A stretch of 26,853 nt of DNA from a virus. Its lineage: Duplodnaviria > Caudoviricetes. The stretch spans positions 1 to 26,853 of IMG/VR virus record IMGVR_UViG_3300025782_000056; one strand, 5' to 3'. Below the pieces are notes generated by a model, which saw nothing but the letters and a program-made list of their open reading frames with translations, searched no databases and was not told the DNA's origin. The position numbers and the translations under genes are program-made. Below, one piece after another: positions 17,521 through 24,568 of the stretch; position 1 is the stretch's first letter, and the number at the start of each line of letters is the position of its first letter.

Positions 17521-17723
17521 ACGAACGAATTAAACAACTTGCTGAACAGGCTGGATCAACCCATAAACAAAATCTCGGAGTATATCAATTTTTTACAGAT
17601 GAATTGGAAAAGTTCGCCGAGTTGATTGTGGCAGAATGCATCGGTGTTGCAGTAGATAACGGATGCGGCGATTTTGTTGACATTGAACATTTATTATTAA
17701 AACATTTCGGAGTTGAAGAATGA
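17517..17723 (+). CDS. MNERI-family mini-protein, copy 6
   Basis: Start placed at ATG 17517 (block A); N-terminal 34 aa identical to copy 3. Confidence 0.8.
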   Translation: MNERIKQLAEQAGSTHKQNLGVYQFFTDELEKFAELIVAECIGVAVDNGCGDFVDIEHLLLKHFGVEE

Positions 17724-17794
17724 ACGTATTATTAATTGTTATCGCTGTTGGAATCATTGGTGCTCTTGTTTCAACCAAATTACCAAAGAAGTAA
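17720..17794 (+). CDS. Small membrane peptide (24 aa)
   Basis: MNVLLIVIAVGIIGALVSTKLPKK directly after the last block C. Confidence 0.5.
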   Translation: MNVLLIVIAVGIIGALVSTKLPKK

Positions 17795-17795
17795 T

Positions 17796-18029
17796 ATGGC
17801 AAGAAAGAAACAACAAGCTGGTAAAATCTTAGCGAATGAATATCTAGAAGGATTGAAAGCTGCTATGAATACAGACACAGATTATGGATACAATCCTTAT
17901 CTAAAGGATCGTCCGCACTCTGAGGATTTTCAGAAAGCAGAAAGTTGGAGATCTGGATTCGCTGATGGTCTAGCCAAAAAATCGAAAAGGAAAAAGAGAA
18001 ATGGAAAGGCCAACACCCGAAGTTGTTAG
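17796..18029 (+). CDS. Hypothetical protein
   Basis: ATG 17796; YLEG...NPY...WRSGF pattern loosely reminiscent of RMF-like phage proteins. Confidence 0.6.
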   Translation: MARKKQQAGKILANEYLEGLKAAMNTDTDYGYNPYLKDRPHSEDFQKAESWRSGFADGLAKKSKRKKRNGKANTRSC

Positions 18030-18270
18030 AATTGGAAGACTTGAGAAGAAGATTCGCAAGTTGAAACAACAACTGGCAGCAACAAAAGAGCAGAATGCTT
18101 TCTTCAATGAGGTTTTACGATACTATCCTTATTCTATGAGAACGTATGAAGAAAAGATGCGGCAGCAATCAGATAGAGAAGAATTGAAAGAACTGAGAGT
18201 AAGAGTTAAAGAACAAAGTGCATTGATCAAGAAATTGACTGATGAGAATGAGAAAAAGGAAAATGTATGA
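18001..18270 (+). CDS. Hypothetical coiled-coil protein
   Basis: 89 aa heptad-rich ORF. Confidence 0.65.
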   Translation: MERPTPEVVRIGRLEKKIRKLKQQLAATKEQNAFFNEVLRYYPYSMRTYEEKMRQQSDREELKELRVRVKEQSALIKKLTDENEKKENV

Positions 18271-18449
18271 GATTACATGAGTTTTTTCAAAAAATTAATT
18301 TGTTTGAGATGTATCGAAAACATAAGAGAGATCGCGAATCGAAAAAACTAATCAATGAGGTTGTTCATCAGTTGTCTAAACAGGCGTCTCCAAATCGTTT
18401 GAGTTTTGAATATATGTATGTTAATAAAGATAACAATGAAAAATCTTAA
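18267..18449 (+). CDS. Hypothetical protein
   Basis: ATGA-coupled, AAGGA RBS. Confidence 0.55.
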   Translation: MRLHEFFQKINLFEMYRKHKRDRESKKLINEVVHQLSKQASPNRLSFEYMYVNKDNNEKS

Positions 18450-18543
18450 TCCTCTCGCACAGTTCTTTGCTGCAATAACTATCACATTTGGTGGCAGTTA
18501 TTTGATTGCATTCATTCTCAAAATTATAAAGAATTTATTATGA
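18436..18543 (+). CDS. Small membrane peptide (35 aa)
   Basis: MKNLNPLAQFFAAITITFGGSYLIAFILKIIKNLL; stop overlaps the next ATG. Confidence 0.5.
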   Translation: MKNLNPLAQFFAAITITFGGSYLIAFILKIIKNLL

Positions 18544-18926
18544 TAGAATGTATGATCATTGGCGACAGTATTGCTGTCGGTGTTGCTAATTATAGACATG
18601 AGTGTGAAGTATATGCTAAAGTTGGCATCACATCTCATAACTGGAATGTAACAAATAAGAATGTGAACATTGAAGCTGAGACTGTAATCATAAGTCTCGG
18701 CACCAATGATCGTTTGATGAATACTGAGAAAGAATTATTGGCAATCAGAGACAGAACAAAGGCAACTAAGATTGTGTGGATAATTCCAGCCAAGAACAAT
18801 AAAGAAATTGTACAAGGTGTCGCGTTTGAAAGTCATGACAAATACATTACAATTGATAAGACAGCAAATGATGGCACACACCCAACAATGGCAGAATATA
18901 AAAGAATAGCAGAGAATACAAAATGA
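18540..18926 (+). CDS. SGNH/GDSL hydrolase (minimal)
   Basis: IIGDSIA (Ser), KVG, SLGTND, DGTHPT (DxxH). Confidence 0.8.
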   Translation: MIECMIIGDSIAVGVANYRHECEVYAKVGITSHNWNVTNKNVNIEAETVIISLGTNDRLMNTEKELLAIRDRTKATKIVWIIPAKNNKEIVQGVAFESHDKYITIDKTANDGTHPTMAEYKRIAENTK

Positions 18927-19510
18927 GAAATTTTTGCGTGGATGTAGAGACGCTCGGGACAGAATCAACTGCTGTTATTCTGTCGGCGGCACTTATTCCA
19001 TTTGAATTAAATGAAAAGCCAGTCTACGAAGAACTATTAGAACGTGCTATCTTTGTTAAATTTGATGTTGAACAACAATTAAGAGAATTACATAGAACTG
19101 CTGAACAGTCAACTATGGAATGGTGGCAGAAACAATGTGATCTCGTAAAAGATAAAAGTTTCAAAAAAGATAAGAAACGAGATGTTGATGCTGCGACAGG
19201 TCTCACCTATTTGAAGAATAAGGCAGAGTTGTCGTTAATAGCAAAAGAGAATAAAGATGTAATCTTTTGGTCTCGTGGTTCTTTAGATCAGGTCACAATT
19301 GACAGTTTGTCTAAACAAGTACATAATGAATTGGTCATCCCATTTAATAACTGGCGCGATGTAAGGACAGCTGTTGATCTGTTGTGCGAAGGTGCATCGG
19401 GTGGTTATTGTGCTGTTACAGGTTTTAATAGGGATATTGTATTAAAACATGACCCTGTGGCAGACTGTGCATATGATATTATGATGCTCTTGGCTAATAA
19501 TAGGGTCTAG
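18923..19510 (+). CDS. dexA: DEDDh 3'-5' exonuclease, T4 DexA-like
   Basis: VDVETLG, WSRGSLD, RDVRT, HDPVADC. Confidence 0.75.
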   Translation: MRNFCVDVETLGTESTAVILSAALIPFELNEKPVYEELLERAIFVKFDVEQQLRELHRTAEQSTMEWWQKQCDLVKDKSFKKDKKRDVDAATGLTYLKNKAELSLIAKENKDVIFWSRGSLDQVTIDSLSKQVHNELVIPFNNWRDVRTAVDLLCEGASGGYCAVTGFNRDIVLKHDPVADCAYDIMMLLANNRV

Positions 19511-19555
19511 AATAAGACCGCTGTAGGGCGATTGCAGGACGTCCAATAAGATCTG

Positions 19556-19615
19556 TAAGTCATTGATTCCATTATGTTTTTCATGTTTGCCTTTTTAACA
19601 AGAGTGGTATATAAT
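19556..19615 (+). promoter_or_regulatory. Early sigma70 promoter with upstream IHF-consensus site
   Basis: TAAGTCATTGATT(19556-19568), TTGCCT(19587-19592), 17 bp, TATAAT(19610-19615). Confidence 0.75.
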
Positions 19616-19641
19616 AGTCTTATCGAATGGAGGGATTATAT

Positions 19642-20511
19642 ATGCCGCGAGGAAAACCTAAAGCTGGATTCCGTATGACTGCGAAGCGTCTTTCTTCTTC
19701 TCGTCTTACCAAGAATCTCAATGTTGTTAAAATTGCTGTTAAGCAAGAATCTGAAGCCGAAATCGCTGAGCGTTTGTCTGAGCGATTCAATTCACAGTGC
19801 GCGATGGTAAATGCTACTGTGTCTGGTAAGAATCGTGCGATGATTATCTCTGGTCCTCCTGGTGTTGGTAAGTCTTACAACGTTGGTCAGATCCTCGGTG
19901 ACGCCAAGCATGTATATTCTACCGTCATCAAGGGTTATGTACGACCGACTGGTTTGTATAAGACTCTGTATGAATTCCGTCATCCTAATTCTGTTGTCGT
20001 GTTCGACGATGCTGATTCTATTTTCAACGATGACGTTTCTTTGAATCTTCTCAAAGCTGCGTGTGATACTACTAAGAAGCGCATGCTTCATTGGCTCACC
20101 GAAACTAAGATGGAAGACGAAGAAGGTGAACGCATGCCTCGCAATTTTGAATTCGAGGGTTCTATAATCTTTATTTCTAATTACGATTTTGACGATATGA
20201 TTGCGCGCGGTTCTAAACTGGCTCCTCACTTTGAGGCTTTGGTTTCTCGCTCGCATTATCTAGATCTCGGCATGAAGACTGCTGAAGATTATATCGTGCG
20301 TATTAAGCAAGTTGTGCGCGAGCATGGCATGTTGCGTTCGCAGGGTTTTACTGTTGAGCAAGAAAATGACGTGCTTGACTACATTCAAGAAAACAAGACT
20401 CGTTTGCGCGAGTTGTCTTTGCGAATGGTTTTGAAATTGGCTAATTTGGTTGAGATTAATCCTAATAACTGGAAGAATCTCGCGCGTGCTACTTGTTTGA
20501 AGGGAGTTTAA
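19642..20511 (+). CDS. AAA+ family ATPase
   Basis: Walker A GPPGVGKS, Walker B VVVFDDAD, sensor 1 IFISN, ALVSRS Arg finger; GGAGG RBS before ATG 19642. Confidence 0.85.
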   Translation: MPRGKPKAGFRMTAKRLSSSRLTKNLNVVKIAVKQESEAEIAERLSERFNSQCAMVNATVSGKNRAMIISGPPGVGKSYNVGQILGDAKHVYSTVIKGYVRPTGLYKTLYEFRHPNSVVVFDDADSIFNDDVSLNLLKAACDTTKKRMLHWLTETKMEDEEGERMPRNFEFEGSIIFISNYDFDDMIARGSKLAPHFEALVSRSHYLDLGMKTAEDYIVRIKQVVREHGMLRSQGFTVEQENDVLDYIQENKTRLRELSLRMVLKLANLVEINPNNWKNLARATCLKGV

Positions 20512-20513
20512 TT

Positions 20514-20903
20514 ATGGGTTTAGATATGTATGCATTTCGTGTTCAAAAAGAGAATGCGATCAGTGAAACTGAAGTTAAGAAAGACGCAGAGGGATCTTCT
20601 TTGCATGAAGAAGAAATTTACTACTGGCGCAAGCATCATGACCTCCATGGTTGGATGCAAAATCTCTATCATGAGAAAGGTGGGACGGAAGTGTTTAATT
20701 GTGAACATGTTCGATTGACATCGGAAGACCTTGACTCATTAGAGAATGATGTTAAGGACAATAAACTTCCAGCAACTACTGGATTCTTCTTTGGTAACTG
20801 CCCACCTGATGATGACTCGAAAGAGGGTGATCTCGGCTTTATAGAAAAAGCACGTCAGGTTATCTCTGAAGGCGATTGCGTTTATTATTACAGCTGGTGG
20901 TGA
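20514..20903 (+). CDS. Conserved hypothetical phage protein
   Basis: MGLDMYA...YWRKHHDLHGWM...GFFFG...YYSWW; GGGAG RBS. Confidence 0.75.
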   Translation: MGLDMYAFRVQKENAISETEVKKDAEGSSLHEEEIYYWRKHHDLHGWMQNLYHEKGGTEVFNCEHVRLTSEDLDSLENDVKDNKLPATTGFFFGNCPPDDDSKEGDLGFIEKARQVISEGDCVYYYSWW

Positions 20904-20913
20904 GGAGACTACA

Positions 20914-21426
20914 ATGCCTAATTGGTGCTATAATTCTGTAACATTGAGCCATAAGAACAGCAAGAAGATTGCTTCTCTTATGAAACACCTCAAGGGTAAG
21001 GATGTTGCGTTGTTTCAACATCTTCGCAAACGTCCCAAAGATCAGGAAGACAACTGGTATCAATGGAATGTTGATAATTGGGGCACCAAGTGGGATGCAG
21101 CAATTTCAGAATATGAACAAATGGACGAATCAACTGTTTTTATCAGTTTCGAAACTGCATGGAGTCCACCTATTGCGTTGTATGATTATCTAACTGAAAA
21201 GGGATGGTCGGTACAAGCCAAATATCATGAGCCAGGAGTGTGTTTTGTTGGTGATTATTTGGATGGTGACGATCAACCGATTGAGTATGGTTATTGCATA
21301 GATGATTTGAAAGCTCTTAAGAATCTTATTCCCGAAGATCTATTTGAATATGCTGGAATAGAACAAATATATGAAGTTCATGTGGAACATTTGAACGAAC
21401 AAGAGGAAAGAGAAAATGCCAAATAA
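20914..21426 (+). CDS. YubB/DUF1281 ferredoxin-like domain protein
   Basis: MPNWCYN...WNVDNWGTKWD...FETAWSPP...YHEPG. Confidence 0.7.
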   Translation: MPNWCYNSVTLSHKNSKKIASLMKHLKGKDVALFQHLRKRPKDQEDNWYQWNVDNWGTKWDAAISEYEQMDESTVFISFETAWSPPIALYDYLTEKGWSVQAKYHEPGVCFVGDYLDGDDQPIEYGYCIDDLKALKNLIPEDLFEYAGIEQIYEVHVEHLNEQEERENAK

Positions 21427-21742
21427 TGATATGGTTCGAATTGTCTACAATACATGTTATGGTGGCTATATTCTTTCGGACAAAGCAATAAAGCGTTATT
21501 GGGAGATCAAAGGCGAACCAAAACCAGAAGACTGGTTAAAAAGAAAAGTTTTTGAACGCCATGATCCCATATTGTTACAAGTCATCGATGAGATTGGACT
21601 TGCTGAAGCAGCAGGTGGTCGTTATGCTGAGTTGGCAATTGTTGAGTTGCCTCGTGGAACAAAATACTACATCAATGAGTATGATGGTCTTGAGAATGTC
21701 GTGACGGAAGAAGATATTAAGTGGTCAATCGCAGGGGAATAG
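21416..21742 (+). CDS. Conserved hypothetical phage protein
   Basis: NTCYGGY...RHDPIL...EYDGLE motifs. Confidence 0.7.
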   Translation: MPNNDMVRIVYNTCYGGYILSDKAIKRYWEIKGEPKPEDWLKRKVFERHDPILLQVIDEIGLAEAAGGRYAELAIVELPRGTKYYINEYDGLENVVTEEDIKWSIAGE

Positions 21743-21743
21743 T

Positions 21744-21938
21744 ATGGAATTCAATTGGGTGATGTTTTTGGTTGATTTGGGTTTGTTGTTCGCTGGCTTT
21801 TATATTGGTCAATTGACCATGTTGATCAGAGTCACCAACAATGTAAAGATGCTGGACAATCTTCCTGCTCCGACTCCTCAAGAAATTGAAGAGATCAGAG
21901 CAAAATTAAAAGCAATGCGTGATTCTAGAGGAGAATAA
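21744..21938 (+). CDS. Small membrane-anchored protein
   Basis: N-terminal hydrophobic helix. Confidence 0.6.
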   Translation: MEFNWVMFLVDLGLLFAGFYIGQLTMLIRVTNNVKMLDNLPAPTPQEIEEIRAKLKAMRDSRGE

Positions 21939-21939
21939 T

Positions 21940-22194
21940 ATGGGCGGTCGTGGATTTAAAACTAAAAAGAAAATGGCAAGAGACAAGTTGAGTTCAAATT
22001 TTGAGTTATCATACGACGATCTGTGTGATATCGCAAACTGCGTGATGATTGTTATTGAAAAACGCCGAGAGCATGAAGACGTCAATAACATGTTCCACGA
22101 CGGAGAAGAAGAACTCCCGATTGATCCAATTAGAGAACGTCTTGAGGTATTGTACGATCGCATCACTGGTGAGATAGATGCGCAAAGTTTTTGA
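21940..22194 (+). CDS. Hypothetical protein
   Basis: GAGGAG RBS before ATG 21940. Confidence 0.65.
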   Translation: MGGRGFKTKKKMARDKLSSNFELSYDDLCDIANCVMIVIEKRREHEDVNNMFHDGEEELPIDPIRERLEVLYDRITGEIDAQSF

Positions 22195-22291
22195 AATACT
22201 CATCGCAATGATGGCTGTCGCCGCAGTGGTTTTGATCTCTGTGGTGATGGTCCTTTTCTATTACAAAATTAGGAGATACTATGTTTGTTGA
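22178..22291 (+). CDS. Small membrane peptide (37 aa)
   Basis: MRKVFEILIAMMAVAAVVLISVVMVLFYYKIRRYYVC. Confidence 0.5.
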   Translation: MRKVFEILIAMMAVAAVVLISVVMVLFYYKIRRYYVC

Positions 22292-22451
22292 ATTGTTTTA
22301 CAAAGTTTTGTATTATTTTAGAAGAATCGTAACAGCATACTGTTTGGTGTACGCTGGAGTCTATTATATGAATGGTGATACTTTTATCGCTGACATATAC
22401 TCGATCGCTTTTTGTGGTTGGTTGCAGTCTATCTTATTAGAAGATAAATAA
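22281..22451 (+). CDS. Small hydrophobic protein (56 aa)
   Basis: AGGAG RBS; MFVELFYKVLYYFRRIV...SILLEDK. Confidence 0.55.
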   Translation: MFVELFYKVLYYFRRIVTAYCLVYAGVYYMNGDTFIADIYSIAFCGWLQSILLEDK

Positions 22452-22462
22452 ATTTAATAGGA
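22432..22462 (+). promoter_or_regulatory. Late-promoter-like ATAAATA in the loop of an RBS-sequestering hairpin
   Basis: TCTTATTAGA(22432-22441) pairs with TTTAATAGGA(22453-22462) with two G-U pairs; ATAAATA at 22444-22450. Confidence 0.55.
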
Positions 22463-22468
22463 GACATA

Positions 22469-23134
22469 ATGGCATACACATACACTTGTAATGTACTATC
22501 ACTGAGCACATTTTCAAACAATGTGGTTGACAGTGCGCATTTTACATACAATGTGACAGACGGAAGCAACAATGCGTCAATGAACGCATCTGTTTCGTTT
22601 GACTATGCCAACAATCCTGGAGTGTACGTTGTATCTAATACGACTAATCAAAATACAGTCAACACTTGGATTTTAACCAGTCCTGATACAATTAACCTAC
22701 AGCCATTCCTATTGAATACACTCGGAACAACTCCACAAGAGTATCCGCTTCCGCAAAGTTTATTTCCTTGGACGCCAGTGCTTCAATTCACATCCAGTGC
22801 AACAAACGTAAATGTGTTCACATCGAATACATCTATCGCAAGCAATGGTGTCTCATATGGTCAATTGACCACCTACGCTGTCGGGAACGTCTACATCAAT
22901 AATGGCGCATCTACATCTAACCCGACTAACACATCAACAGGGGTTGCCTCTGTTGCACAATTAAATGGTTTTACAGTCATCGGCACGTTGTATACAAACG
23001 ATGGCATTCAGTTACCACTATCAGGTGCTGGAACATACTTTATGACACCAAACACTGCGACACCAACAGCCAATGCTGTGGGTGGAAACAACGTCAGTGT
23101 CATTGCTACAACATATGGAACATTTGCATCATAA
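22469..23134 (+). CDS. Asn/Thr/Ser-rich putative virion or surface protein
   Basis: 221 aa with no Lys or Arg and very few Asp/Glu; beta-rich composition; late-type promoter upstream. Confidence 0.6.
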   Translation: MAYTYTCNVLSLSTFSNNVVDSAHFTYNVTDGSNNASMNASVSFDYANNPGVYVVSNTTNQNTVNTWILTSPDTINLQPFLLNTLGTTPQEYPLPQSLFPWTPVLQFTSSATNVNVFTSNTSIASNGVSYGQLTTYAVGNVYINNGASTSNPTNTSTGVASVAQLNGFTVIGTLYTNDGIQLPLSGAGTYFMTPNTATPTANAVGGNNVSVIATTYGTFAS

Positions 23135-23147
23135 TCTAAGGTGATTT

Positions 23148-23762
23148 ATGGATGGATTATTTGAAGTCGTACGAAAAGCAGTACACCCACAAGCAATAGA
23201 ACTGCTAAAGAATTCCCTCTTAATAGAAAAAGACGTGTTCTATCACAATAAACGTGTAGACCCGAACAACGTCGGCGCATTCTCTGAAGCTGACAATGTA
23301 ACAATGGGTGACCACTTTAACAAATACTCAGCAATGGTCGGTGAAGGTATGATGGTCACTCTGTTGCCATTAGTACAAAGTATCACAGGCAAACGTCTGT
23401 ATCCCACCTACTCCTTTGTAAGATTTTACTATAAAGATTCAGTCTTACATCGTCACCGTGATCGTCCATCGTGCGAATACTCAATGACAATGTGCGTTGA
23501 GTCTGATCCTGAGCCATGGCCAATCTTCGTAGATGGTGTTGGTGTTTCTTTGAATCCAGGTGATCTGGTTGTATACAAGGGCTGTGACGCATGGCACTGG
23601 CGTGAACCATACAAGGGTAATCGTACGATACAAATCTTTATGCATTATGTTGACGCCAATGGACCATACAGCAACTTCCATTATGATCGAAGAGATCTGC
23701 TTGGGCTTAGTGGTGGTGGCTGCATGCGTCCTGATGAATATCTAGAATATGAAACAAGATGA
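23148..23762 (+). CDS. 2OG-Fe(II) oxygenase
   Basis: LYPTYSFVRFY, LHRHRDRPSCEYS (HxD), PGDLVVYKG, HWRE, QIFMHY. Confidence 0.8.
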   Translation: MDGLFEVVRKAVHPQAIELLKNSLLIEKDVFYHNKRVDPNNVGAFSEADNVTMGDHFNKYSAMVGEGMMVTLLPLVQSITGKRLYPTYSFVRFYYKDSVLHRHRDRPSCEYSMTMCVESDPEPWPIFVDGVGVSLNPGDLVVYKGCDAWHWREPYKGNRTIQIFMHYVDANGPYSNFHYDRRDLLGLSGGGCMRPDEYLEYETR

Positions 23763-24559
23763 AACACGTAAGAATCAATAAACTGATTGAGCCCAAGATT
23801 AAACCACACAAGACTTCAGACGTTGCGATTGTGGTGACGGCATATTGTGCTGAACCCGACTTGGCGCGCAAAATACACATGACAAAGAAACTGTGTCAGT
23901 CTTTTAAAGACTCGCCCCATGTGATCGTTCTTGCCTCTCATTCACCAATGCCAGTTGAAATTCAAGAGATGGTAGACATTTACATCTACGACAAAGACAA
24001 TGAGTTTCACTGGAATGGATTCCCGAAAGGTGCACTAAAACCATACATGAAATTTGATGAGCGCACTGGCGCATTGGTCGCCTATTCTGGGATTGCTGAA
24101 TTAAAATCAGTCCACAATGCAATCTATGCGCTTCAGAAATATCCAAATGTTAAGTCAATTTTAAAAGTTGCCTACGATGAATCACCTAAAGTTGATCATC
24201 ATTCTATAATCGAAAAGGCAAAGAAAACCAAGAAGCGAGCAGTCCTAGCTGTTCTTCGCGAGAAGAGTGACTGGAATCCAAGAATGCTCGCCGAGAACAA
24301 TGTTCCAAGAGGATCTTTTGGAACTCATATCTTTTACTCCGACATTGACTTCTTTCAAGAAACTCTTTCGATGGATGAGATTCATCGATACGACACTGAG
24401 GTTGTTCCGTGGTTGGAGTGTATTTGGTATTCTTCAATCGCAGACAAGAATCTATTGAAAGATGTATACAATGCGGGAGAATACTACAATTATATGGGAG
24501 AAACGATCTTTCAATATAACGATTCTTCCATCTCAGAAACTGACAGTTACCCATTCTAA
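23759..24559 (+). CDS. Hypothetical protein (possible glycosyltransferase-like fold)
   Basis: AIVVTAY..., IVLASHSP, ILKVAYD pattern; lies between an oxygenase and a GT2. Confidence 0.5.
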   Translation: MKHVRINKLIEPKIKPHKTSDVAIVVTAYCAEPDLARKIHMTKKLCQSFKDSPHVIVLASHSPMPVEIQEMVDIYIYDKDNEFHWNGFPKGALKPYMKFDERTGALVAYSGIAELKSVHNAIYALQKYPNVKSILKVAYDESPKVDHHSIIEKAKKTKKRAVLAVLREKSDWNPRMLAENNVPRGSFGTHIFYSDIDFFQETLSMDEIHRYDTEVVPWLECIWYSSIADKNLLKDVYNAGEYYNYMGETIFQYNDSSISETDSYPF

Positions 24560-24568
24560 GGAAAATCT

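Larger units (their letters stand above)
15686..17723 (+). repeat. Modular mini-gene array with conserved DNA blocks A (ATGAACGAACGAAT..), B (TT(C/T)GCC(G/C)AGTTGATTGT) and C (CATTTCGGAGTTGAA)
   Basis: Six copies each of A and B and eight copies of C, separated by variable segments. Confidence 0.92.

Noticed and set aside
15917-17717. Integron attC sites (GTTRRRY within block C)
   Set aside because: Only 4 of 8 copies match GTTRRRY, no matching RYYYAAC inverse core was seen, the sites are inside coding sequence, and no integrase is in the window.
15686-17723. CRISPR array or diversity-generating retroelement interpretation of the repeats
   Set aside because: There are three different blocks in coding frame with irregular spacing; no cas genes, no reverse transcriptase, and differences between copies 3 and 6 are synonymous rather than adenine-specific.
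19511-19555. Possible terminator after the dexA-like gene (CTGTAG..TTGCAG, GGACGTCC)
   Set aside because: Weak stem with G-U pairs and no U-tract.
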